Under the pieces are notes generated by a model. That model saw only the letters and a program-made list of their open reading frames with translations, searched no databases and had not been told where the DNA came from. Shown here one piece after another: positions 48,949-59,809 of a stretch of DNA of 64,000 bases (the first letter of the stretch is position 1; each line of letters starts with the position of its first letter). The stretch is from sequence record DRR723986_14244; one strand, given 5' to 3'. A program made the translations under genes and the position numbers.

Positions 48949-50354
48949 ATAGTTTAATTGCCTTCCAATACCCCTTTTTAAACCAGCAAACACCTATAAT
49001 TGTAATTAATACTTCTGCTAAAGTAATAGCCATAAATACACCTAGTGGGCCAAAGTCAAAAGTTAATGCCATTAAATAAGCAAATGGTAATTGAAATAAC
49101 CAAAAACAAATAAAATTAATCCAAGTAGGCGTTCTTGTATCACCAGACCCATTGAATACATTAATAATAACCATACCATATCCATAAAAAACATAGCCAG
49201 CCGCTATTATTCTGAGACAAAGTCCACCATTTTTAATGACTTCATGCTCTACAGTGAACCATGAAATAATTTCTGGTGCAAAGATTAAATATACAATAGA
49301 AACAATACCCATAAATAGAGCACTATACTTTCCTGTTTTCCAAACAGAGTCTTCAGCTCTTTGTGGCTTTTCTGCACCTAAATTTTGCCCCACTAATGTT
49401 GCAGCCGCATTACTCATTCCCCAAGCAGGCATTAAAGTGAACATCATAACACGTATCGCGATAGTATAGCCAGCTAATACCGCACTTCCAAATTCACTCA
49501 TAATACGCATTAAAAATACCCAAGATGATGTACCTATTAAAAACTGACCAATGCCACCCAAAGAAACTTTAACCAAATTCAGCATAACAGCAACACGTAA
49601 TACAAGATCATTCATTGTCACCTTAATTTTGCTCCAACCGTAGAATAAAACCAAAATCTGGAATATAACTGCTGTACCTCTGCCAATTGTTCTAGCTATT
49701 GCGGCACCTTCTACTCCAAAAGCTGGAATGAGACCAAATCCAAAAATGAACATAGGATCTAATATAATATTCAATCCGTTAGAAAGTACTAATGCCCACA
49801 TGGCAATAGAGGCATCACCTGCTCCTCTGAAAATAGCATTAGTTAAAAACAACAGCATTATAGTAACATTACCACCAAGAAATACTTGCGTGTAACCATA
49901 TCCTTCAGCAATCAATTCTGGCTCACCACCCATTAATTGCAATATTTCCTTTGGATAAAATACACCTATGGCACTGATAACTGCTCCTACCAATACTCCT
50001 AAAAATATAACTTGCACTGCAGCTTGTGAAGCTCCTTCCCTATCATTCTCTCCAATACGTCGTGCAACGATTGCAGTTGCTGCCATACTCAAAACCAATG
50101 ACAACAGCATATACTAATGTTATAACTGACTCTGTAAGACCAATAGTTGCAACGGCATTAGCACTAACTTGTGAAACATAAAATATATCTACAATAGCAA
50201 AAATAGACTCCATGAGCATTTCTAAGATCATAGGAATAGAGAGCATAAAAACGGCACGTCTAATACTACCAGATGTGAAATTTTGCTCTTTTCCGGAAAC
50301 CGCGATTCTTAAATATTTAAAAAATTGGGATGGAGTTATTTTATTTGTTGCCAT
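48947..50354 (-). pseudogene. frameshifted MATE efflux transporter
   Basis: N-part 50354-50043 and C-part join if one T is removed from the T4 run (plus-strand AAAA 50091-50094), giving IGLSMAATAIVARRIGE. Confidence 0.8.
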
Positions 50355-50467
50355 AATTGGGATAAATATCTCAAGTCGACCTAAAAACGAGAGGTAACTG
50401 AATCAATATGGTTTCACTTATTTATTCAGTGAATTAAGAAAAGTAAAAATACTAGTTATAAAAATAA

Positions 50468-50578
50468 CTAATCATTTTTTTCAATTTTGTTATAGGCTCT
50501 TATCATAAGTAATGCCCATAGTGCTACTAAAGCTATAACTATTACAGAAAACCATAATACAATATCATTTGCTACCAT
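50468..50578 (-). CDS. putative 36-aa single-TM protein
   Basis: MVANDIVLWFSVIVIALVALWALLMIRAYNKIEKND*, start overlaps the end of the 62-aa gene. Confidence 0.45.
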   Translation of the reverse strand: MVANDIVLWFSVIVIALVALWALLMIRAYNKIEKND

Positions 50579-50753
50579 TGTCTATGAGTTTTAAGTAAAT
50601 CATTACACCTAATAACGTTGGTGCCCATAGCCCAATAAAAATGCCATGCATCTGATCTCCAGTTAAAAATAAATATTCTGCAATAAGAATTATTACTGCA
50701 CACAATAAGAGCATCATTAAGTTTGCAGTTCCTAATTTTTTGAAGTAATTCAT
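50565..50753 (-). CDS. small 2-TM membrane protein
   Basis: 62 aa, GIFIGLWAPTL motif. Confidence 0.65.
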   Translation of the reverse strand: MNYFKKLGTANLMMLLLCAVIILIAEYLFLTGDQMHGIFIGLWAPTLLGVMIYLKLIDNGSK

Positions 50754-50823
50754 TCTGAGGGTTAGTTTAAAGTCTCAAGTTAAGAAAAATAGTAGTCCTT
50801 TGACAATAATGATAAAAAAAAGA

Positions 50824-53800
50824 TTACTTCTTATAGTGCAACTGGTATTTCCTATAGGCTAAGAAAGCCAATACCGATATTATTACTAAATAAATGGCAA
50901 TAAATTGAAAACTAATTATCTGATCACCACTTGCATAGGCATGTAGCCCTGATAAATAGAAGTTAACACCAAAATAGGTCATTAAAATACTACAAAAAGC
51001 AAGGACCGACATAAAATTATACAACCATCTACCTCTTAATCCTGGCACCAAGCGCATATGGACAACAAAAGCGTATATCATTATACTAATTAATGCCCAA
51101 GTTTCTTTTGGGTCCCAACCCCAATATCTTCCCCAACTTTCATTAGCCCACATACCACCTAAAAAGTTTCCGATAGTTAACATCACCAAACCAACAGTTA
51201 ACGCCATTTCATTGATAATGGTTAATTCTTTAAGATTTAGTAGCATCTTATTCTTATTCTTTTTGGTAGTGAAAACCATTAAGAGTAAGGCTACAATCCC
51301 TAGCACCCAACCTAATGCAAATGGTCCATAGCTTGCAACAATCACAGCAACATGAATCATTAACCAGTAGCCCTGTAATACTGGTTCTAAGTTAGCGATA
51401 GCCGGATCCATCCAATTCCAGTGAGCCACCATTAAAATTATTGAAGCAACAAAGGCAGTAGATGCCATAGTTAAATCACTCTTTCTTCCAAATAAAAGCC
51501 CAAATAGCATAGTTGCCCATGCAACATAAATCATAGACTCATAAGCATCACTCCAAGGAGCATGACCAGATAAGTACCAACGGACAATTAAACCTGCGGT
51601 GTGGATAACAAAAAGACCTACTATAATTACTTTAAATACCTTAACACTAACATTTAATGCTTTGTTTCTTGAATTAAAAATTTGAAATATTAAAAGAACA
51701 AAGAACACGGTGCCTGCGTACATATACCAACTAAAAAGGCGTTTAAAAATGTCGTACTTATTATATAACATTTCTGCTTTTATTTTATCATCTGAAAGCA
51801 TTACTTCACTTCCTAATTTCTGCTGCGTCTTCTTGAAATTTTCTAAAAGACTATTAGCATTTGTAAAGTCACCATTTTGTTTGGCATTATTTAATGTCAT
51901 TAAATAAAAATTAAATCCATTATTAATAAAATTGCCGTACAAGGTATCTTTGATGGTCTCTTTATAACCTTCATTTCTATATTCTAATGAAGAAATCCAT
52001 TTATTATTTTCATCATCTGGAACAGGGAATATCTTTAATGATCGTCCTTCTAAAGCATCAGACAACAAGCTTAGTCTACCGTAAGCCTCCTTCACTTCCT
52101 TTTGAAATCCATTGGGCACTTGTGCTTTATATGCCTCTTCTAAATAAGGACCTAGTTTATTTCTCAAATCTGGCGTGAAGAAATCTAACAAACTCACATA
52201 CTTTTTATCATAGTCTACACCAATTAATGTTCTTATAGAATCTGCCTTTCTTGGTTTTAAATAAATAATAGGAACATTGTACCAAAGCATAGGACTTTCT
52301 TGCATTGACAAAAATATCTGTGTAGCATTAAAATCTCCGTAAGTATCCTTTTTACTTAATTTCCTTAGTACTTCAGAGGCATAGGTATGTACAGGCATCA
52401 TTCTGCCGCTATAGTCTTGTATTACTAATTTGGCAAACTTTTCAGCATGTACTTTTGGTACAATATTTTTACTTAAAATAGAATCAATTTGCTCTTGCAG
52501 TAAGCCTTGTTGTTCTGTAAGTGGTTCTTGTGTAGTATGATTGTGCCCATCATTTTCAGAATGCTCTTGTGCAAATCCTGAAATACTAAGAAGTAAGGCA
52601 ATTATGGTGATAAGCTTAGATTTCTTAACTCTTACTTTTTCCAACAACTTTCTCAAATCATCAAAACGTGTATGTCTCGCAAATAGAATTGCCATTAAAC
52701 CAAAATATAAAAGCATGTAGCCTGCATAGGTTAGTAATGTGCCCCAACGATCATGGTTAACAGATAATACTGTACCCTTTTCATCAGGATCAAAACTCGC
52801 CTGAAAGAAACGATAACCTTTATGATCTAATATGTGATTCATGTAAATATGATAGTCAAAATCACCTTCTTCTTTATCTATTACAGTAATTTTACTTTCG
52901 TAAGATGAATAGGCTTTTTCTGTTCCAGGATATTTTTCGGCAATAAAATCGTTTAACTTTATTTGAAAAGGCAACTCTTCTACTCTAGATCCATACTGTA
53001 ATGAAATATCTAATCCACCAACAGTCACATCTTTAAAACCGTTATGCATTCCTTTACCACCTAGCAAATTCACGCTTTTTGTTTCACCATTTGCAGTTAC
53101 GTCTAAAACAATACCGTCTTCATCGCTTTTGAGAATCTGTGGTTTTTTTACAACATCAAAAACACCTTTCACAACTCCCTTAGGAAAAACCATTACCAAA
53201 TTGTCACCTATTATGTATTGCGATCTAATCAATAATGGCTGAATACTATCCTTTACAAGCTTACCTCGTTGACTAGTTGCCATAGTAAAAACTTCACCTT
53301 CAAATGGCGATTGAATGAATAATCCCTCGTCAGTATTAGTAATATTTATAGCACCCTCTTGATATTTATTTAATGAAATTAAAATATTATGAAGACTAGA
53401 AACTTCCCCATCCTTTAAGAAATGATTGTGTGACCCTCCATCACCAGCCTCTACTATTTTTAGGTAACTCTCACCAGATTCATCTGGTATTATATCTTTC
53501 TCCGCTCCTTTAACAAACTTGCGTAATCTAAAATTTACTGGAATATTATCGTAGGTTATTGTTTCATCAAAATCATTCTTTAATCGCTCAGAAAAATCAA
53601 CCTCTCTTTGAAAATTATAGCGTTGTAAGACACCATTTATTTCATATTCACCTACAACATAAGCGGTTATAAACGTTTTTTGTGATAGAAATTGGCTCTC
53701 CGTATCGCCTTCTCTTATGCGCATCATACCTTCGTAACCAATATACCTTGTTATACCAGCACCAATAATTATCAGTATCCATGATAAATGAAGAATCAAT

Positions 53801-54045
53801 GTAGCCCACTTTTCTTTTTTCCAAAGCCTATATCTTGAAATATTTCCTATAAAATTTATAACAAAGAACACCATTATTATCTCAAACCACCATGCATTAT
53901 ATATAAGTTGTCTAGTGTAAGGAGTTGGGGAAGTTTCCATGTTCCTATCTAAAATAGTTCCGGTTGCCATGGCAACAGCAAAAACAATAAATAGTACAGC
54001 AGTAAGTTTTGTTGAGAATAAGAAATTTGCGATCTTCTTTTGCAT
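50824..54045 (-). CDS. ccsA: cytochrome c biogenesis CcsBA fusion (system II)
   Basis: ResB-like N-part, WLMIHV, WWD motif WANESWGRYWGWDPKETW, GLHAYA. Confidence 0.93.
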   Translation of the reverse strand: MQKKIANFLFSTKLTAVLFIVFAVAMATGTILDRNMETSPTPYTRQLIYNAWWFEIIMVFFVINFIGNISRYRLWKKEKWATLILHLSWILIIIGAGITRYIGYEGMMRIREGDTESQFLSQKTFITAYVVGEYEINGVLQRYNFQREVDFSERLKNDFDETITYDNIPVNFRLRKFVKGAEKDIIPDESGESYLKIVEAGDGGSHNHFLKDGEVSSLHNILISLNKYQEGAINITNTDEGLFIQSPFEGEVFTMATSQRGKLVKDSIQPLLIRSQYIIGDNLVMVFPKGVVKGVFDVVKKPQILKSDEDGIVLDVTANGETKSVNLLGGKGMHNGFKDVTVGGLDISLQYGSRVEELPFQIKLNDFIAEKYPGTEKAYSSYESKITVIDKEEGDFDYHIYMNHILDHKGYRFFQASFDPDEKGTVLSVNHDRWGTLLTYAGYMLLYFGLMAILFARHTRFDDLRKLLEKVRVKKSKLITIIALLLSISGFAQEHSENDGHNHTTQEPLTEQQGLLQEQIDSILSKNIVPKVHAEKFAKLVIQDYSGRMMPVHTYASEVLRKLSKKDTYGDFNATQIFLSMQESPMLWYNVPIIYLKPRKADSIRTLIGVDYDKKYVSLLDFFTPDLRNKLGPYLEEAYKAQVPNGFQKEVKEAYGRLSLLSDALEGRSLKIFPVPDDENNKWISSLEYRNEGYKETIKDTLYGNFINNGFNFYLMTLNNAKQNGDFTNANSLLENFKKTQQKLGSEVMLSDDKIKAEMLYNKYDIFKRLFSWYMYAGTVFFVLLIFQIFNSRNKALNVSVKVFKVIIVGLFVIHTAGLIVRWYLSGHAPWSDAYESMIYVAWATMLFGLLFGRKSDLTMASTAFVASIILMVAHWNWMDPAIANLEPVLQGYWLMIHVAVIVASYGPFALGWVLGIVALLLMVFTTKKNKNKMLLNLKELTIINEMALTVGLVMLTIGNFLGGMWANESWGRYWGWDPKETWALISIMIYAFVVHMRLVPGLRGRWLYNFMSVLAFCSILMTYFGVNFYLSGLHAYASGDQIISFQFIAIYLVIISVLAFLAYRKYQLHYKK

Positions 54046-54150
54046 AGCTACAGGCTTATTTTAAGCTCGTGCAAAGATAAACCTTTTTCATGATTTAAAA
54101 GTGCTTAAATAGGTTTCAAAAACCATTAAAATTTCTGAAAAATATTTCAT

Positions 54151-54600
54151 TTATTTTGAAACCCTAGTCTTTAAAATAGTATTCTGTTCTTCCATTAATT
54201 CTTTTAACTGAGAAAGTAACTCTATATCCTTTGGTGTTACTACAGTTGTATCTTTAGTATCTTGAGCCTTAGCTCTCAACCTATTCATAAACTTAACAAC
54301 TATAAAAACAGTGAAACCGATAATTACAAAATCTAAAAACACTTCTAGTAAAGCGCCGTATGCTATTGCTACTTCACTCGTGGTAATAGCACCTTGCGCA
54401 TCAGTTATGGCATCTCTTAAAATTATTTTTTTATTCTGAAAGTTCACTCCATCAGACAATAATGACAACGGAGGTAATAGAACTTGTTTAGCTAATACAT
54501 CAATCACTTTGTTAAAGGCTGCTCCGATAATAATACCAATGGCCATATCCATCATATTACCTTTTACAGCAAATTCTTTAAATTCTTTTAGAAGTTTCAT
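54151..54600 (-). CDS. mscL: large-conductance mechanosensitive channel
   Basis: EFKEFAVKGNMMDMAIGIIIGAAF. Confidence 0.95.
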   Translation of the reverse strand: MKLLKEFKEFAVKGNMMDMAIGIIIGAAFNKVIDVLAKQVLLPPLSLLSDGVNFQNKKIILRDAITDAQGAITTSEVAIAYGALLEVFLDFVIIGFTVFIVVKFMNRLRAKAQDTKDTTVVTPKDIELLSQLKELMEEQNTILKTRVSK

Positions 54601-54656
54601 ACGTTTTAAATTAGATTTTGAATAAAACGTAAATTTAAAAAGAAGCTATTTAAATA

Positions 54657-55046
54657 TTAGTTGTTTCTAGCTTCAAAAATTTTCAGATAAATAAATGTTC
54701 CCATTTTTCGAGCACGCCGTTTTGCATTTTCTGCAAAGTCACCTTCAAAAAGTTCGTTTATTGTTTGCGACCATAGATTTAACCAAACCCCAAAATGTAG
54801 CTCATTAATAGAATGATTGAAAGCCTTATCTACTTTAATATGAGCCTCTAATGGATCACCATAAAAACGTGTCTTTAAAAACAAACTCGATTCCCAAAAG
54901 GTCGTAAGATGTTCTAAATGAGCGTCCCAATCTTTGATTGTATCATTAAAAATTGGTCCTAACAAATCGTCTCGACGCACTTTTTTATAAAATTCGTCAA
55001 CCAATTTAAAAACGTCTTCTCTAGTTTTTATATCTTTTTTTACCAT
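54657..55046 (-). CDS. group III truncated hemoglobin
   Basis: LVDEFYKKVRRDDLLGPIF, HLEHLTTFW, HFGVWL. Confidence 0.88.
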   Translation of the reverse strand: MVKKDIKTREDVFKLVDEFYKKVRRDDLLGPIFNDTIKDWDAHLEHLTTFWESSLFLKTRFYGDPLEAHIKVDKAFNHSINELHFGVWLNLWSQTINELFEGDFAENAKRRARKMGTFIYLKIFEARNN

Positions 55047-55117
55047 GCTTAAACAAAGTTATTCTTTTAATGACGAAGTTGTTAGAGTTAAATCGTAAAA
55101 CTTAGTATTTTTACCAT

Positions 55118-55879
55118 ATGATATCAGTTGTTTTACTTGGAGCAGGCAATGTCGCTTCTCATTTATATAAAGCATTTAAAAACTCAGAGGCAATTGAAGT
55201 TATACAATGGTATAATCGTTCAATAAAATCAATATCATCGTTTAAAAATGAAGTAGATATTACTGACAATTTAAATACGTTAAAGGAAGCAGACATCTAT
55301 ATAATGGCAATTAGCGATGATAGTATATCGTCATTATCGCAAGCCTTACCCTTTGAGAATAGATTGATTGCACACACTTCTGGTAGTGTTTCAATTCATG
55401 ATTTAGACAAAAAAAATAAACGCGCTGTATTTTATCCTTTGCAAACCTTTTCAAAAGATGCAGAACTCAATTTTAGTGAGGTACCAATTTGTATTGAAGT
55501 CACCGAAAAGGAAAACCTTCAATTATTAAAGAATTTGGCTGAAGGCACAAGTAGTAAATGGTATAAAATTAATACAGAACAAAGACAAACCTTACATGTT
55601 TCTGCGGTTTATGTCAATAATTTTGTAAATCAATTATATAGAATTGCACATGAAATAAGTGACGCTAAAAGTATAAATTTTGATATCTTGAAACCGTTGA
55701 TATTAGAAACTGCAAAAAAAGTGCAGGACATATCACCTTATATGGCGCAAACAGGACCAGCCAAAAGAAATGATAAAAAAACTATTAAAAGGCATTTAAA
55801 ACTGATAGAAGACGAAGAACATAAGGCTATTTATGAACTCCTAACCGCTTCAATAAAAAAGACTCATGGAAAACGATAA
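55118..55879 (+). CDS. Rossmann-like / DUF2520 oxidoreductase
   Basis: GAGNVA, HTSGS, FYPLQTFS, QTGPAKRND. Confidence 0.85.
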   Translation: MISVVLLGAGNVASHLYKAFKNSEAIEVIQWYNRSIKSISSFKNEVDITDNLNTLKEADIYIMAISDDSISSLSQALPFENRLIAHTSGSVSIHDLDKKNKRAVFYPLQTFSKDAELNFSEVPICIEVTEKENLQLLKNLAEGTSSKWYKINTEQRQTLHVSAVYVNNFVNQLYRIAHEISDAKSINFDILKPLILETAKKVQDISPYMAQTGPAKRNDKKTIKRHLKLIEDEEHKAIYELLTASIKKTHGKR

Positions 55880-56399
55880 GAGTTACAAAGAATATTTATC
55901 AGATATCACAACATTCATTTTTGATGTTGATGGTGTATTAACCGATGGTACTATTACTGTTACTACAGATGGAGAAATGCTAAGAACAATGAGTATTAAA
56001 GATGGTTTCGCCCTTAAAACAGCTGTTGATGCCAGGTTTAATATATGTATAATTTCTGGAGGATCTAATGAAGGTGTGCGTAAACGCTTGTCTGGTTTAG
56101 GTATTAAGGATATATATTTAGGTGCACATAATAAAATAGACCAACTCAATGAATATTTAGAAAAAAACAATATTAGTACATCCAATGTGTTATATATGGG
56201 AGATGACATACCAGACTTCCCTGTAATGAAGTTAGTTGGTTTACCTACGTGCCCTCAAGATGCTGTACCAGAAATTAAAGCAATTTCAAAATACATTTCT
56301 CATAAAAATGGTGGTAATGGAGCTGTTAGAGATGTCATAGAACAAGTCTTAAAGGTTCAGAATAAATGGAATGGAAATTTTAATGCTAAATACGATTAA
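55866..56399 (+). CDS. kdsC: KDO-8-phosphate phosphatase (HAD)
   Basis: FDVDGVLTDG, IKDG, YMGDDIPD, GGNGAVRD. Confidence 0.88.
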   Translation: MENDKSYKEYLSDITTFIFDVDGVLTDGTITVTTDGEMLRTMSIKDGFALKTAVDARFNICIISGGSNEGVRKRLSGLGIKDIYLGAHNKIDQLNEYLEKNNISTSNVLYMGDDIPDFPVMKLVGLPTCPQDAVPEIKAISKYISHKNGGNGAVRDVIEQVLKVQNKWNGNFNAKYD

Positions 56400-56405
56400 T
56401 TTATA

Positions 56406-56720
56406 ATGTCGAGGAGAAGTAGAAGACATAGTACTGGATTCGGTTATATAGGTTTTGGTAACAATCAAGCCACCTTTAACCAAAAAACTAGCACACCTTT
56501 TTCTGTCTACAAAGAAAAATTAGATCTTGAAGCGCACCTGCATTATAAGATGCATTTTTTACATAAAGATCTTACTAAAGATGATAAACAAAAAATAAAG
56601 GATAAAATCAGAAAGCAAGAACAGAAGCTATTTATTAAAACAGTTATTATTAGCTTGTTCGTTTTTGCTGGTGTAGCTTATACCGGCTACTATTTAATCA
56701 ATCAAATTCTCTCTCACTAA
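56406..56720 (+). CDS. hypothetical protein with C-terminal TM
   Basis: 104-aa ORF in operon context. Confidence 0.55.
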   Translation: MSRRSRRHSTGFGYIGFGNNQATFNQKTSTPFSVYKEKLDLEAHLHYKMHFLHKDLTKDDKQKIKDKIRKQEQKLFIKTVIISLFVFAGVAYTGYYLINQILSH

Positions 56721-56728
56721 TCCCTAAC

Positions 56729-57658
56729 ATGATTCACTTTTTTAAATTAATCCGTTGGAAAAATTTAATACTAATCGCACTTGTGCAATATTTAGTTAAA
56801 TACGCTTTACTACTGCCTTTTTATGAGAGTTACCAAGTTACTACTACCCTTAGCACTTTGGCATTTACCTTGTTAGTTATTGCCACCATCTGTATTGCAG
56901 CCGGAGGATATGTTATAAATGATATTTATGATATTGAAACAGACAAGGTTAATAAACCAAGTAAAGTCATTATCAATAAACACATAAGTGAAAAGAACGC
57001 ACTAAACTTGTTTATTATTCTTAATGTTATTGGTGTTGGTCTTGGCTTTTACCTTTCAAATGGAATTGGTAAATCTGGATACTTTGTAATTTTCATCATT
57101 GCCTCTGCCCTTCTTTATATCTATTCATCTTATTTAAAGCAAATGCTGCTAGTTGGTAACGTGGTTGTATCACTGGTCGTATCATTAAGTATTTTATTGG
57201 TTGGTATTTTTGAACTATTACCTGTAATAAATGATGCTAACAGAGATATTCAAATTACTTTTTTCAAAATAATTTTAGACTACGCTGTTTTTGCCTTTAT
57301 GATTAATCTGGTGCGCGAAATTGTTAAAGATATTGAAGATATAGATGGCGATTATAAGGCTGGTATGCAAACACTGCCAATTGTTTTAGGTAGAGAACGT
57401 GCAAACAGGGTTGTATTTATACTTTCTCTAATTCCAATCTTTTCGGTAATCTATTACCTTATCACCTATTTGTTTAAACAAACTGAGGTTGTTGGGTATT
57501 TTTTACTTTTTATTATTGCACCACTAATATATGTTACTATAAAGCTATTTAGCGCTGAGCAAAAGAAACAATATAGACACCTTAGCATAGTTTTGAAGCT
57601 TGTAATGCTCACAGGAATCTTGTCCATGGTTTTATATAAATACTTTATACTAAAGTGA
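56729..57658 (+). CDS. UbiA-superfamily prenyltransferase (DGGGP-synthase-like)
   Basis: INDIYDIETDKVNKP and REIVKDIEDIDGD motifs. Confidence 0.88.
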   Translation: MIHFFKLIRWKNLILIALVQYLVKYALLLPFYESYQVTTTLSTLAFTLLVIATICIAAGGYVINDIYDIETDKVNKPSKVIINKHISEKNALNLFIILNVIGVGLGFYLSNGIGKSGYFVIFIIASALLYIYSSYLKQMLLVGNVVVSLVVSLSILLVGIFELLPVINDANRDIQITFFKIILDYAVFAFMINLVREIVKDIEDIDGDYKAGMQTLPIVLGRERANRVVFILSLIPIFSVIYYLITYLFKQTEVVGYFLLFIIAPLIYVTIKLFSAEQKKQYRHLSIVLKLVMLTGILSMVLYKYFILK

Positions 57659-57659
57659 T

Positions 57660-58250
57660 ATGCTAAACGATAAGTTAAAAGAATTCAATATTATTTTAGC
57701 CTCAGCATCACCACGTCGTCACGCATTCTTTAAAGCAATGAATTTAGACATTGAGGTGAAACTAAAATCAGTAGAGGAAGTCTACCCAAAACATCTTAAA
57801 GGTAAAGAGATTACCGATTATTTAGCACAATTAAAAGCTGAACCTTTTATAAAAGACCTTAATACTAATGATATTTTAATTACTAGTGATACTATTGTTT
57901 GGCTCAACGGTAAGGCTATAGAAAAGCCTAAGAATTCTGATGATGCCTTTAAAATGATTAAAACACTTAGTAATAAAACTCACGAAGTAATAACGTCTAT
58001 TTGTTTTACTCAAATCTCAAAACAACAGACAATAAATACAACTACTAAGGTAACATTTAAGACCCTTCAAGATGAGGAAATTTGGTATTATGTCAATACA
58101 TATAAGCCATTAGATAAAGCCGGTGCTTATGGTATACAAGAATGGATTGGTGCTATTGGTATTACAAGTATTGAAGGATCTTATAATAATGTTGTAGGCT
58201 TGCCAACTCATTTACTATACGAAACGTTAAATGCCATTGCTGAAGATTGA
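57660..58250 (+). CDS. maf: Maf family nucleotide pyrophosphatase
   Basis: ILASASPRR, SDTIV, DKAGAYGIQ, NVVGLP. Confidence 0.93.
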   Translation: MLNDKLKEFNIILASASPRRHAFFKAMNLDIEVKLKSVEEVYPKHLKGKEITDYLAQLKAEPFIKDLNTNDILITSDTIVWLNGKAIEKPKNSDDAFKMIKTLSNKTHEVITSICFTQISKQQTINTTTKVTFKTLQDEEIWYYVNTYKPLDKAGAYGIQEWIGAIGITSIEGSYNNVVGLPTHLLYETLNAIAED

Positions 58251-58283
58251 TTGAAACGTAACTTTGCTGTAAAAAGCAATAAT

Positions 58284-59216
58284 ATGAAGAAGGTACAGTT
58301 TTTCACAATCTTTTTATTACTCATAATATTTAGTTCTTGTAAAGAAGTTGTTTCAAAAAGCTCTGAAACAATAGCATTAGCAACTGAGACAAATAAGTTA
58401 GAACTAAAAAACACCGCTAAACCACTAAATAAAGAATTCAATAACTATTGGTATGGTGGTGAAGCAGAAATCTCATCTTACAAATTAGAACAAGCGCGTT
58501 ACGGTGAAATACGAAATGGAAATGCAGTTTTGGTTTATGTAACTGAAGACTTCTTGCCTGAAAAACAGGTAAAAGCAAACAATTACAGTGACGAGAATAT
58601 ATCTGTACTAAAATTAAACGCCACCAAAAATTTTAATACTGGTATTTACCCATATTCAATTATTCAAAGTACGTTTTATCCTGTTTCTAATAATTCTCAT
58701 GCTTTAAAAGTATCCGTATCCATTCAAGAATGGTGTGGCCATGTTTACACACAATTAAATAATCGTGATTTATTTGAAATAAAATCACATTCGTATTTTC
58801 AAAATGAAGCAGATCAATCCTTTCAATTAGAAAAAACATGGACAGAGAATGAATTATGGACTAAACTTAGAATTGATCCATCACAACTTCCACAAGGCGA
58901 CATAGAAATTATTCCTTCTTTAGAATTTCTTAATCTTAAACATAAGGATAAAAAAGCTTATAAGGCTTATGGTCTTTTAGAAAATGGGACATATACGCTC
59001 TCATATTCTAATTTAAACAGAACGCTAATAATAAATTTCAGCACTGAATTTCCTCACATAATTCTTGGCTGGGAAGAATCTACAGTAAATGGCTATGGAA
59101 ATTCTTCAAAAACATTAACAACAAAAGCCACTCTTCTTAATACCATAAAGACTGCCTATTGGAATAAAAACCAAAATTCAGACGAAGTACTTAGACAAAA
59201 GCTAGAATTAGAATAA
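58284..59216 (+). CDS. hypothetical lipoprotein
   Basis: Lipobox FSSC; YWYGGEAEI, QEWCGH; start MKKVQ (58284). Confidence 0.7.
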   Translation: MKKVQFFTIFLLLIIFSSCKEVVSKSSETIALATETNKLELKNTAKPLNKEFNNYWYGGEAEISSYKLEQARYGEIRNGNAVLVYVTEDFLPEKQVKANNYSDENISVLKLNATKNFNTGIYPYSIIQSTFYPVSNNSHALKVSVSIQEWCGHVYTQLNNRDLFEIKSHSYFQNEADQSFQLEKTWTENELWTKLRIDPSQLPQGDIEIIPSLEFLNLKHKDKKAYKAYGLLENGTYTLSYSNLNRTLIINFSTEFPHIILGWEESTVNGYGNSSKTLTTKATLLNTIKTAYWNKNQNSDEVLRQKLELE

Positions 59217-59260
59217 ACTTATTAGAATCTGGCTATATTTGTTAGAGAAACTAATTAAAT

Positions 59261-59806
59261 ATGTCAGATTTTATCACATCTTACCAAACTGAAATAGTTT
59301 ATTCCATAATTCTTCTGATTATACTTTTTATAGTTAGAACCATTATAGTCATTACCGTAAAAAAAATTGGTAAAAAAAGTGGAACTACTGAAGCTAGAGC
59401 CGTTCTTATTGGTCGCTATGTCACTGTAACATTTGTACTAATAGCCTTATTAATTGAAGCATTTATTCTTGGTGCAAATACACAAGATATTACCTTAGTC
59501 TTCTCGTCTGTATTTGCAGTAATTGGTATAGCTCTATTTGCAATTTGGTCAATACTTAGTAATGTTACTTCTGGTGTTATTATGTTCTTTTCTTTTCCCT
59601 ACAAGGTTGGTGATAAAATAAAAATTCATGATAAGGATTATCCGGTAGAAGCAATTATTGAAGACATTAGAGCTTTTCAACTCATTTTAAGAGAAGATGG
59701 TGGTAATCTTGTCACCTATCCTAATAACCTTATACTACAAAAAGCAGTTACCTTAATTCAAAAAGATGCTTTAGATAGTAATAGCGATGATAGTAGCATT
59801 CTTTAA
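59261..59806 (+). CDS. small MscS-domain protein
   Basis: 3 TMs, FPYKVGDKI. Confidence 0.8.
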   Translation: MSDFITSYQTEIVYSIILLIILFIVRTIIVITVKKIGKKSGTTEARAVLIGRYVTVTFVLIALLIEAFILGANTQDITLVFSSVFAVIGIALFAIWSILSNVTSGVIMFFSFPYKVGDKIKIHDKDYPVEAIIEDIRAFQLILREDGGNLVTYPNNLILQKAVTLIQKDALDSNSDDSSIL

Positions 59807-59809
59807 GTT

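Noticed and set aside
55070-55083. Possible FNR-like box between globin and DUF2520 genes (ATGACGAAGTTGTT)
   Set aside because: Only one half-site matches the consensus
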